Shown here piece after piece: positions 44,614 through 53,768 of a DNA stretch of 62,055 nucleotides. The position numbers and the translations under genes are program-made. Origin of the DNA: a virus (lineage: Duplodnaviria; Caudoviricetes). Below the pieces are notes generated by a model. That model ran no database searches and was not told the DNA's origin. It was given only the letters and a program-made list of their open reading frames with translations. Numbering within the stretch: the first letter of the stretch is position 1; the number at the start of each line of letters is the position of its first letter. The DNA is taken from the IMG/VR virus record IMGVR_UViG_3300045996_000553, positions 1-62,055 of that record; one strand, given 5' to 3'.

Positions 44614-45843
44614 ATGAACTATAAAGCGAACGTTCTTAAATATGACGGCAATATCCGAGGGATTTATCTTATTCTCGGTCCTTCGGCTGTCGAACACGCT
44701 CCGATCATGGGGCAAATCGAAATATTAAAGAACTTTGACCGAATTATTTTAAATTATGACGATGACGCAGATGAGCGCGATGCTATCTATCAAGTGATTT
44801 CGGAAGTAAAAATGGTTGATTCAACCATTAAGTTTTACGGGTTTACCGAACGGCTTGAAGGAGAGATTTTCGCGGCTTGGCTGGCAAAAGCCGATGCTTG
44901 GGAAGCGGCTTACGGCAATATTCTTGATGGGCTTTACGTTGCAGATTTCGATGCGAATGATATATGGCCTGAAGATTATTCAAACGTTACTTATCCGATT
45001 GGCGGCGAGTTTACTCGCGCCGAACAAAATCTTGCCATTCTCGCTTGCCACAATCACGGATATGAATTATTTGCGGAATCCGGTTATCCCGAACTGACGC
45101 TTGGACCCGCAACCATAGGAGAAACTGCTTCTCTTATGGGAATAAATCAGGATTATCAAGACGGTATTCTTGTCAAAAACTGGTTCTCGGATCGAATCAA
45201 TACTCCGCAACGGGCAAAGCGAACGCGGCTTGGAACGCTTGCTTATTTGAAAGGTTATAAAGATTCGCTTGCCGGAAATCTTTTTACTGTGATTAGTTAC
45301 GATTCCGGTTCGGAATATACCGATCCCGAAGGGTTGACGGATCACGTTCCGATAGATCATTGGGACGTGCTTCACCGTGAAAAAGAGCAATACGGCATCG
45401 ACGGTTTTGCCGTGTTGACGGAAGAAGGCAATCCTTCCGCAAGATGGTTTTATACGAATAAATTGCGGGAGATATATCGCTACGATCCTCGAAAATCCGT
45501 TGTCGTTGACGGGATTACAACCAACATTCTTTTCGATTTTTTTAACGAAGTTTCTTACGATTATTCCGTTCTTTACGGCAACGTGTTGCCTACTGTTCAA
45601 GGTGAAACCGTTTCTCCGATTACCGTGAAATACAGGCGTTCAACCGATCTGGTTGACGGCGTTCCGTATTTTGATAAATCAGGGGAAATCGAAGTTACGC
45701 CTTACGATAACGGGTATTGGGAAGTGCTTCTAGGCGCGGCTCTTACTCCCGGTTCGTCTTATTCGATTACGGTTTCGGAAGAAGGTTGCAGAGGCGTAAA
45801 GAAGACAAAGACCTTGATCGGAGGAACCTCCGTTGAGTTTTGA
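44614..45843 (+). CDS. Putative glycoside-hydrolase-like TIM-barrel virion protein
   Basis: IKFYGF..ADAW..LDGLYVAD..TRAEQN..H pattern. Confidence 0.5.
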   Translation: MNYKANVLKYDGNIRGIYLILGPSAVEHAPIMGQIEILKNFDRIILNYDDDADERDAIYQVISEVKMVDSTIKFYGFTERLEGEIFAAWLAKADAWEAAYGNILDGLYVADFDANDIWPEDYSNVTYPIGGEFTRAEQNLAILACHNHGYELFAESGYPELTLGPATIGETASLMGINQDYQDGILVKNWFSDRINTPQRAKRTRLGTLAYLKGYKDSLAGNLFTVISYDSGSEYTDPEGLTDHVPIDHWDVLHREKEQYGIDGFAVLTEEGNPSARWFYTNKLREIYRYDPRKSVVVDGITTNILFDFFNEVSYDYSVLYGNVLPTVQGETVSPITVKYRRSTDLVDGVPYFDKSGEIEVTPYDNGYWEVLLGAALTPGSSYSITVSEEGCRGVKKTKTLIGGTSVEF

Positions 45844-46276
45844 AGTTAAAGCAATGCGAAGTATGATGGTGCGGGAACTCGGCAAAAAAGGGGATCAAGA
45901 GTTCACTGATGATGTAGAAATGTTGTGGGATTATTACGAAACGATCCTTGATAACCCTACGTTTTCGCTCCTTTATGCTTCGGTAAAATATCACGCGCTG
46001 AACTTCATTCTTGCTGAAGCGGCGAACAGATACGACACTTCCGCTATGGATATTTCGGAGAAGGAAGGACAAGTTTTCGATCACTGGTGGAAAATGTATG
46101 ACCGCGTTGCGGCTCAACTTCAAACCGAACTTCAATTGGACACGGCGGGATTTGGTATTGCCATTGATGTGATGACGAAAACCTCTCCGCTTCCTTATAC
46201 CGATCTTTCAGGCATCAATCCTAACAATCCTTGGATTTCCGGTCTGCCGCTTCCTTACGGGATTGATCCGCAATGA
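45833..46276 (+). CDS. Head-tail adaptor (probable)
   Basis: Position; VRELG..FTDD.E. Confidence 0.6.
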   Translation: MSFEVKAMRSMMVRELGKKGDQEFTDDVEMLWDYYETILDNPTFSLLYASVKYHALNFILAEAANRYDTSAMDISEKEGQVFDHWWKMYDRVAAQLQTELQLDTAGFGIAIDVMTKTSPLPYTDLSGINPNNPWISGLPLPYGIDPQ

Positions 46277-46644
46277 TAGGCGAAGGGCATACGTGCGATA
46301 TATGGAAGCCTACGCAAACCATCGGGGATCAAAATAAGGTGTTGACCGCTTCTTACGAAATAAACGCATCTGATGTGGAGTGTCGCTTTCACGAAATCGG
46401 CTCCCGCGTTCGTATGCAGCTTGGCATTGCGGTAGACCCTACAGCAGACATTCAGGAACTTGAGGCAAAAGGAGCAGCCATAGAAGAACTGGATCAATAT
46501 TGGATTGTCAAATGGTTGGAAGAAGAGACGTATTGGCTCGTAACGCTTCCCGTTATGCACACGACAAAGCCGAAGGCGTATTGGAGAGCGACCTTGGAAA
46601 AGCTGCGAGGCGTTCCGGCAAGCGTAGAGGCGGGATATGATTAG
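46273..46644 (+). CDS. Head closure protein (probable)
   Basis: HTCDIW..DVECR; position. Confidence 0.6.
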   Translation: MIGEGHTCDIWKPTQTIGDQNKVLTASYEINASDVECRFHEIGSRVRMQLGIAVDPTADIQELEAKGAAIEELDQYWIVKWLEEETYWLVTLPVMHTTKPKAYWRATLEKLRGVPASVEAGYD

Positions 46645-47110
46645 AGCCGATTTCGAGTGTTTCTTTTCCGCCCTCCGCGATTTGATATACGACGTGTGGG
46701 AAATCCCTGATGGTTCGCCTATCCTTGAAGCGGGGGATGAACTGACGGAAGTTGACCCTGCCGATTTCGCGTTTCCCTGGGCCATAATAGAAGTAGGCGA
46801 CGAAGTAAGCGGGAACATCGGGCCTGCCGCTATGGATGTAACGTGGAATATCCCGGTTTATTTATGGCTTGTCACTGAAAAAACGGAAGACGAACACGCG
46901 GTTGAGGAAATGCGGGAAAAGTTGTCCGATCTTTCAACGAAGATATGGCGCGATCCGCATTTGAGAAACAACGCGAACAACGTTCAGCCAGGGAGCATTA
47001 GTTGGAATCCTTCCTCTCGCGCATGGCCTGTGGTTCCTGTGCAGGGAGTTACGGCGATGGGCGGATACGTTTTTAATACCTTTCAACTTATTGAATCGAG
47101 AGTGATGTGA
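46637..47110 (+). CDS. Tail terminator (probable)
   Basis: Acidic, FPWAII, DPHL; position. Confidence 0.6.
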   Translation: MIRADFECFFSALRDLIYDVWEIPDGSPILEAGDELTEVDPADFAFPWAIIEVGDEVSGNIGPAAMDVTWNIPVYLWLVTEKTEDEHAVEEMREKLSDLSTKIWRDPHLRNNANNVQPGSISWNPSSRAWPVVPVQGVTAMGGYVFNTFQLIESRVM

Positions 47111-47598
47111 GACTGCACATAACGACGGATGGGACTTACTTGGCAAGGTGGCGGAACCGACAGATGAAGTTGGCTCCCGCCCTTCGACGTGCCGAAATCC
47201 GAGTTATGGAATACGCCAAAGAAAAAGCCATAGAATACTCCTCCAATCGCGCTTACTCAACGGCAGATGGTCGCAGGAAACGCAGGTATCCTTACGCGAA
47301 ACGGCATGTCAACGCCGCAACGGGAGCAAGAAATCCCGGTGCGCCTGGGTTGCCGCTTCCTGCCTTTAAGATCAATATTCAATCCGGCGATTTCGTGAAG
47401 AGTTGGGCGGTGAATACGCAGGAAACTCCTCAAGGATTCACGTCTTCTTTGTGGAATTACTCGGAACACGCAAAGTATATGCGGGGAACGAACCGGATGA
47501 TAGCGCGTCCGATCTTGCAGCGCGTCGGGCAGGATGTGAGAGCCTATCGTTTGAAAGTGGAGCCTGCGACGATACGAAAGGTGATGAAAGATGGGTGA
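47107..47598 (+). CDS. HK97 gp10-like neck/tail component
   Basis: SG....SW, N..HAKYM.GT.RM.ARP. Confidence 0.7.
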   Translation: MRLHITTDGTYLARWRNRQMKLAPALRRAEIRVMEYAKEKAIEYSSNRAYSTADGRRKRRYPYAKRHVNAATGARNPGAPGLPLPAFKINIQSGDFVKSWAVNTQETPQGFTSSLWNYSEHAKYMRGTNRMIARPILQRVGQDVRAYRLKVEPATIRKVMKDG

Positions 47599-48091
47599 CA
47601 GCAATCCCGCCAATCGCCTATTCGCGTCGGACGTTTATACGCTTGTTTTGTATCATGGCGATCTTGAGTTTAGCGAACTGGATTACGACAATCCTAGCCA
47701 TAAAGTGTATAATATGCTTGCATTGTTTCGCTCGTTCCGACTGTCTTGCGCGGTGACGGAAGATGACGGTTCCGCTACCTGGGATACCGGGCATTACCCG
47801 CTTCCTTATCGCCAACGATGGACGTGCGAAGTCGAAATGGCGCAGGATATGTTTGTCACAGGCAACCAATACGATAGTATTTACCATCTTTTTAGAAGTT
47901 TGGGAGTGGGACCGTATTGGTTGGTTTTCAAAAAAGCTATATCAGCCGTCAATCCTACTCTTATCGCTACTCCTTACGGTCAACGGGGAAGCATTAACAA
48001 CTTTGCGGATATAGTTGCAATGGACGGCCCACAACTGCAAACGGCGACGTTCAGTATGTGGGGAGTTCCCGTAGCGATTCCCGTAGAATAG
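47591..48091 (+). CDS. Tail-tube-like protein 1
   Basis: RQRWTCEVE..T.TF...G.P. Confidence 0.55.
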   Translation: MGDSNPANRLFASDVYTLVLYHGDLEFSELDYDNPSHKVYNMLALFRSFRLSCAVTEDDGSATWDTGHYPLPYRQRWTCEVEMAQDMFVTGNQYDSIYHLFRSLGVGPYWLVFKKAISAVNPTLIATPYGQRGSINNFADIVAMDGPQLQTATFSMWGVPVAIPVE

Positions 48092-48100
48092 GAGTTTAAT

Positions 48101-48607
48101 ATGGCACTCGCAAATCGCGCTTATGTTTGGGAAAGTCAAGTAGTATCGCTGACGGATACCAACGGCGCATCTACCGATCAAGTAGCCAACTTGATTAAAA
48201 TTTTTCGCAACCTTGAAATACGAATTACGACCGATACGATGGAAGCCGATGTAGCGCATGATCCGGCTGACGATGAAAATATCTGGCGGCATCCGCGTCC
48301 GAGAAGTCGGGAATGGAATGTTAGCATTACAGCCGTTGTTACTGATAATGCGTCCAGTTCCGGCGCGACGGAACAACTTTTTGAGTTTGCCGGAATTGGT
48401 TTGGGATCATCTAGCAATGACGGTCAGATGGATTTTGCGTATCTTGGTCCAGTGCCAGTATCGCCGGGAACAGGTGCAGGCATATTTTCCGTATCAGGTT
48501 TGATGACAGTTGAATCCGTCGAACTCAACTACCCTGGGGAAGAAGCGGAACAAGTTATTAACCTCGTAGGTTACGGAACGCCTACCGTTGAACTTAGAAC
48601 TTCTTAG
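48101..48607 (+). CDS. Tail-tube-like protein 2
   Basis: REWNVSITA..SG...V.S....I.L.GYG.P; AGGAG RBS. Confidence 0.65.
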   Translation: MALANRAYVWESQVVSLTDTNGASTDQVANLIKIFRNLEIRITTDTMEADVAHDPADDENIWRHPRPRSREWNVSITAVVTDNASSSGATEQLFEFAGIGLGSSSNDGQMDFAYLGPVPVSPGTGAGIFSVSGLMTVESVELNYPGEEAEQVINLVGYGTPTVELRTS

Positions 48608-48615
48608 GAGACAAT

Positions 48616-49074
48616 ATGGCTGCTAACGTTACGGTTGCTGCTGAAGATCGTATCTATACCTGCGATGTGGCTCTTCTAGAGATAGGCGGAACCGATATTT
48701 TAGGTTTGTTTACGAACTGCTCTCTTCGTGTGAATTTTGATATGGTGAACGCTTTCTTGCCTCACGATATTAACGATTCCACAAGCAAGGGATTTATCCA
48801 AAATCGAACGAAACGCAAGCAATGGAGCGTTGAACTCGGAACGGTTGTGGAAAAAGTCCTCAATTCTTTCATTTTGCTTGAACTAGCTATCGCTCCTCCT
48901 GTGGGAGACATAGAACGAGATAGAGGGCAAATTTCCGTAGAAATCTGGCGACCGGGAGGAACAGCTTATACCGGGCTTGCTGTGATTACGGAAGCGGCTT
49001 TTACTATCAATATGGATAGCGTTATGATGCAATCCGGCACGTTGATGGGATACGGTCCACTTGTCGCAACATAA
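48616..49074 (+). CDS. Tail-tube-like protein 3
   Basis: KQWSVEL..YTGLAVITE..S.TL.GYGPL. Confidence 0.7.
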   Translation: MAANVTVAAEDRIYTCDVALLEIGGTDILGLFTNCSLRVNFDMVNAFLPHDINDSTSKGFIQNRTKRKQWSVELGTVVEKVLNSFILLELAIAPPVGDIERDRGQISVEIWRPGGTAYTGLAVITEAAFTINMDSVMMQSGTLMGYGPLVAT

Positions 49075-49083
49075 GGAGAATCA

Positions 49084-49587
49084 ATGAGCGATATTTATGA
49101 ACTTCCGAAAATGCGAAAGAAACTTACCAAGGAAGAACTTCTGAAGAAAGCGGATCGAATCTACCAAGAAGACTTCCCGATCAATAAGCCCGAATACGAC
49201 GGGGATGTGACCATTCGCGCCGTAGCGGATACGTCTGAGTTCAATCTTATTCAGGAAGAGATTGAAAAGCTTACGAAGATCAATGAGCATATCGGACTTC
49301 AGGGCAAGCGACGTTCGGAGCGTGAAATCTATGCGGCAGCGTATTGTTGCCAATGTATGATCGAACCGGATGTGACGATTGACGAAGCGTTTCAAATGCT
49401 GGATAACCTTGGGCCTGTCGCAACCATTATCGCCAATCGCATTATGTTGATTTCCGGTTTGACTTCGGGCAGCGTTGAAGCTGCGGAGGAAAAGCTGCGG
49501 AAAGATACATTTCCGTCTCATGCAAATGGCTCTAAGTTTCAAATATCTGAAGAGACACCCATCGGAGTTGGACCTGACGCTAACTGA
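49084..49587 (+). CDS. Tail assembly chaperone (G)
   Basis: V.IRA, C.IEP, I..ISGL..VEAAEEK; upstream of TMP. Confidence 0.75.
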   Translation: MSDIYELPKMRKKLTKEELLKKADRIYQEDFPINKPEYDGDVTIRAVADTSEFNLIQEEIEKLTKINEHIGLQGKRRSEREIYAAAYCCQCMIEPDVTIDEAFQMLDNLGPVATIIANRIMLISGLTSGSVEAAEEKLRKDTFPSHANGSKFQISEETPIGVGPDAN

Positions 49588-49657
49588 ATGGGTGGAGATG
49601 CAAGCGTTCGCGAACATCGAGCAAAAAGAAAACGAAAAGGCGATGAAGAGGAAGTAA
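49511..49657 (+). CDS. Chaperone extension (T) reached by predicted +1 frameshift
   Basis: +1 frame FRLMQMALSFKYLKRHPSEL.LT..EW.EM.AF ending 3 nt before the TMP start. Confidence 0.6.
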   Translation, partial: FRLMQMALSFKYLKRHPSELDLTLTEWVEMQAFANIEQKENEKAMKRK

Positions 49658-49660
49658 TCA

Positions 49661-51175
49661 ATGGCGGATATTATCGACAGGCTGATAAGCAGGGTGGAGT
49701 TTGTCGGTATTGCCGTTGCCATATCGTCTATTAAAAACGTCACGACAGCACAGGAACGTCTTGAGAAACAGCAAGGGCGATTGGCTTCCGCAAGTGCAAA
49801 AGCGGCGGCAGCGCAAGATAAACTCAATCGGGCGCATGAACGGATGATGCGAAGCATCAACAGTCCGAACGGCACGTATCAAGGATTCCAACGGGCGCAG
49901 GCTGCGTATTTAGGACGATCCCAACAAGCATCGAACGCCTACAACATAATGAACACCCAACAACGGAAAGTAAATGCCGCCGATACGATGAAACAAAACG
50001 CTAGAGGCGATATGATGGCTACTATCGGCGGGGTAGTTGGCGTATATGCCGCGCAAAAAATAACGGAACTTGGCGCGGCTGCTATGGAAACGTCGATCAA
50101 GTTTGAAAACCTTCGCACGTCTCTTACCGTTCTTTATCGTGACGCGGCAGTTGGCGAACAAGCGTTTGAATGGGTAAAGAACTTTGCCAAGCAAACGCCG
50201 TTCTCTGTCGAAAGCGCGACACAGGCGTTTATTCGATTAACGACGCTCGGTATTCAGCCTACGGTTCGCAACCTTAAAATCCTCGGTGGACTTGGCAATA
50301 TGTTCGGACGCGATTTTTCCGATGTTGCTATGGCTGCAGGTATCGGCGCGGCAGGCAACTTTTCGCGTTTGATTAGAGGTTTTGGCATCCGACGCGAAGA
50401 CGTTGCCGCTAACGCGCCTAAAGGAACAGTTCCTTTGCAGGGAGCGATTGCCGCTAAAGATCGTCCTGTTGTATTTGAAGCCATTTTGAAAACGATTGAA
50501 CAAAAATTTCCCGGCGCGTTCGATAGATTTGCTGCAACGACGGAAACTGCTAGAAGTAACTTTTACGATAGCGTTCAACAGGTGTTGGCTTCAATGGCTA
50601 AACTTGCGTTTGGTTCTGATAGTTTGAAAAAAACCTTCGATGGTTTAAGACAAATAGCAGGTTTCGTCAACAATGTTATTAAAGCATTGGATATTTTCAA
50701 AGGCGCGTTGATCTTAGGCGCGACTGCATTTACTATCGGTGTTATCGAGATATTAGATAAAGTAACCTTTGGTTTGTTGAATAAACTGATAGGAGGGAAA
50801 CTTTCAACTGCATCGGATTATTTAGCGGCGGCAGGCCAAGAACAGTGGCGACAAATGGGTTTGACGCTGCAAAGTATGTCTAAATATGCGATAGCTTCAG
50901 AACCTCCCCAGGCCCCTTTAGGGAAGCCGCTAGGGGGCGAAGAAGCTAATACTATGGCGAACGCGATTCGGCAAATCGTCGGACAATCAGGTATCGCTCA
51001 AATCGGCGTGAACGCTTCCGAGTTGCCGGGGCTTGGCAATCCGATGAAGAAGCCTCCGGTAACGGTGAAGGTGGAAGGATCAAACGGCTCCAACTTCAAC
51101 CAACTAGTTGAGGAGATTTTGAACAAGTTTCTCTACGACGCGAACCGACATGGCTACTCCTTTGATACGAATTAA
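49661..51175 (+). CDS. Tape measure protein (short, 504 aa)
   Basis: FAKQTPFSV, SNF.D, helical Ala-rich composition. Confidence 0.88.
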   Translation: MADIIDRLISRVEFVGIAVAISSIKNVTTAQERLEKQQGRLASASAKAAAAQDKLNRAHERMMRSINSPNGTYQGFQRAQAAYLGRSQQASNAYNIMNTQQRKVNAADTMKQNARGDMMATIGGVVGVYAAQKITELGAAAMETSIKFENLRTSLTVLYRDAAVGEQAFEWVKNFAKQTPFSVESATQAFIRLTTLGIQPTVRNLKILGGLGNMFGRDFSDVAMAAGIGAAGNFSRLIRGFGIRREDVAANAPKGTVPLQGAIAAKDRPVVFEAILKTIEQKFPGAFDRFAATTETARSNFYDSVQQVLASMAKLAFGSDSLKKTFDGLRQIAGFVNNVIKALDIFKGALILGATAFTIGVIEILDKVTFGLLNKLIGGKLSTASDYLAAAGQEQWRQMGLTLQSMSKYAIASEPPQAPLGKPLGGEEANTMANAIRQIVGQSGIAQIGVNASELPGLGNPMKKPPVTVKVEGSNGSNFNQLVEEILNKFLYDANRHGYSFDTN

Positions 51176-51178
51176 ACT

Positions 51179-53557
51179 ATGCCTATTTGCGATAAATTTA
51201 CGGAAAGCGCAGGGATACGCTATATCTCGGTTAAAGAATCGGGATATGCTTTCGATGCGCGTCCCGGCGCGTCCGTAGATGCTTGGAAGTTTACAAACAC
51301 TTACGCTTGGCCTCCTCCTCAAAAGTTTTATGGCGCGGGGCCTGTAAAAGTCATTACGGCTGCAGAAATCAACTCGCCCATAACCCTTATGCCTGCGTAT
51401 CTTGATCCGACGTGGGAAACGAACACGTCCACCAAGAAAGAGTTTGCTAGAGAAAAACTGGATTACTACTCCATTGTATCTGGACAGTGGACGGAATACC
51501 CTCGACTTCACGAAAAAGATTGGGTTCATATCAACAAATCGGATACGGGAACGCTCAGAAGCAAGAAGCCTCTTGCCGCCAATCGCGGCCTTGCCATACA
51601 TTTCAGGGCTTACGGGCCTACGCTCGGTCAGCGAACGATTCTTTCCGTTCAGTTCGGATCGAACGACGTGAACAAAATGTTTACGCTGAACATCAATGCA
51701 GACGGCAAAGGCTACCTGTCTAAAGGCGTAGGCTCCTCGCTTCAAAAACTGGCTGAAGGCGACTTGGTTCCGAACCGTTGGGGAAGCCTTACCGAACAAT
51801 GGCATAAGGTTTTCATCCTCCCGCATGGACGGAACCGCATCCTGGTTACGTCCTCTTCGGGCGGTTCGTTTATGTGGCAAGACCCGAACATTCCGCGAAG
51901 CGAAGGCAACGATCTTATCTCCAAGCTGACCGAACTCGCTTATTATACGATTGTCGCCAATCAGAAAGTGGCGCATCAAATCCGTCCGATTGCTTATACG
52001 GGCGCAAGCGAAGGTTCTTCTACGGCAAAAAAAGCAACGGGAACCATTGAGCCGATTCATCCTGATTTGTTTTCGACGGAGCGCGAACCTGTTCTCGCTG
52101 AAACTATTCAAAGTATCGAATACGACCGGATGAACTCTGTTATCCTGCCGTCCCACGTTACGGTCACTTACCATAAGAATACGCTGTCTACGATGAAACG
52201 CTACAGCGTGAAGCCTGTCATCAAACTGGCGCGTCCGAATGTTTCCGAAGAACATATTTATCATTCGCCGTTCTTTTACCGAGGAGAAATTCGGCAAGAA
52301 GCGTTGCGGCAACAAACGCACGATGAATCGCTAGACTTTCTTTCAGATGTAGTGGAGTTCAATCACAACCAGGATGAAAAGTTAATGTCCGGTTCCATTC
52401 GTCTAAAGAACGGGCATAATCACGGTCAACTCAAGAATCTGTTCAATATCCCGTTTGAATGGAACGAAGACGGGAACGTTTGGATCAAAGGCATCCTGAC
52501 AAAACCAACCGTAACGGTGAAGGGCAATCAGCAGTTCCTTGAAATGGACTTGCAGGATATGCAGCGTTGGTTGGACAACACTTTCGTTGCCGATCTGAAC
52601 CGTTTGGACGGCATGGGAGTGGATGACGCGGTAAAAGCGTTGCTTGTCGCCGTAGGGTTCCCTAAAAACGGCGCATGGTGGGATATAGACGAAACGCCGT
52701 CTTATGTGGATCGTAAAACCGGAGAACGAAAGAAGGTTACAAAACTTTCCAAAGGGGAAGCTGACGATGATCCTACCAATCTAACGGATGTAATGCGAAG
52801 CGTTACCGATTGGCTGGATTATATCGTCAATACCTATACGTCTTCCTCCGAATACCCGTTCCGATGGGTTTATGGTTATCGTCCGTATTTGAATGTCGCA
52901 ACCGGGTTTTACGAATATCGCTTCTTCTTTAAAAATCCCTCGCAGTTTTCAACGACTCCGGTTAAGGTGTTCTGGCCTACAACCGATCTGGCGTTGTTGC
53001 CCGTAGACGACGGAGGAGGAGGAGCGACGGTTGAAACCGCTTACCGGAGCGTTCATCAAAATCTAACGAGTTATTTGATTGAGCCGCAATTCAACGCGCT
53101 TCATTGCGTCGGAATGGATGAAACTCAAAAACCGATCATCAAATACAAAGAAGATAAGAACAGCATCGACGCTACGCTTATGTATAACGCGACGGAAACC
53201 AAGCCTGCACAGCCTGCTAACTGGTTGGCGGAAAAACGCTACGTCGCTTATCTCGATAGCGCGTTGAACACGCCCGAACTCGTTACGGCGGCGATGGGCA
53301 AACTCTTTGCAAGAGGAAGCAAGACGCGACAGCATATCGAGTTCCAAGCGCAATGGGAGCCTACCATAAGGCTGTGGGATTTGATTAGAATAAAGAACTA
53401 TATGTCGAACGGCACGTCGCTTTCTACGCACGATTACCGTATCATCGGATTTAAAGTCGATCACAAGAACGACTGCAACGAAGCGTTTGCGGGGCAATAC
53501 ATTAACCGCCCTACCACCTACGTTGCGGAAAGATGGTATAACGAACGTGAGATTTAA
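51179..53557 (+). CDS. Tail tip/hub protein
   Basis: Large gene directly after TMP. Confidence 0.65.
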   Translation: MPICDKFTESAGIRYISVKESGYAFDARPGASVDAWKFTNTYAWPPPQKFYGAGPVKVITAAEINSPITLMPAYLDPTWETNTSTKKEFAREKLDYYSIVSGQWTEYPRLHEKDWVHINKSDTGTLRSKKPLAANRGLAIHFRAYGPTLGQRTILSVQFGSNDVNKMFTLNINADGKGYLSKGVGSSLQKLAEGDLVPNRWGSLTEQWHKVFILPHGRNRILVTSSSGGSFMWQDPNIPRSEGNDLISKLTELAYYTIVANQKVAHQIRPIAYTGASEGSSTAKKATGTIEPIHPDLFSTEREPVLAETIQSIEYDRMNSVILPSHVTVTYHKNTLSTMKRYSVKPVIKLARPNVSEEHIYHSPFFYRGEIRQEALRQQTHDESLDFLSDVVEFNHNQDEKLMSGSIRLKNGHNHGQLKNLFNIPFEWNEDGNVWIKGILTKPTVTVKGNQQFLEMDLQDMQRWLDNTFVADLNRLDGMGVDDAVKALLVAVGFPKNGAWWDIDETPSYVDRKTGERKKVTKLSKGEADDDPTNLTDVMRSVTDWLDYIVNTYTSSSEYPFRWVYGYRPYLNVATGFYEYRFFFKNPSQFSTTPVKVFWPTTDLALLPVDDGGGGATVETAYRSVHQNLTSYLIEPQFNALHCVGMDETQKPIIKYKEDKNSIDATLMYNATETKPAQPANWLAEKRYVAYLDSALNTPELVTAAMGKLFARGSKTRQHIEFQAQWEPTIRLWDLIRIKNYMSNGTSLSTHDYRIIGFKVDHKNDCNEAFAGQYINRPTTYVAERWYNEREI

Positions 53558-53768
53558 TCAGAACTTGGGCAAGCAGGCCAAAGGCGTAACGCATATATCT
53601 CCTATGGTAACGACGCGGCAGGCGTTCGGAAACGCCGTATTGAAAGACGCGCTTGCGTTGCCGGAAGGTCAGGCTTCGACTTCGCTGACCGACAGCGACG
53701 GAAAACAGCAATTCATCTTTGGCGTAACGCCGCTAACGAGTGATGTAAGAATGGGAAATGCTGAATAA
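53547..53768 (+). CDS. Small tail protein
   Basis: GTG start overlapping upstream stop; TAATG coupling downstream. Confidence 0.55.
   Translation: MRFNQNLGKQAKGVTHISPMVTTRQAFGNAVLKDALALPEGQASTSLTDSDGKQQFIFGVTPLTSDVRMGNAE

Noticed and set aside
51104-52321. 405-aa antisense ORF (likewise 31469..32323, 49081..49875, 8911..9534)
   Set aside because: Shadows of supported genes on the opposite strand; no RBS or domain evidence
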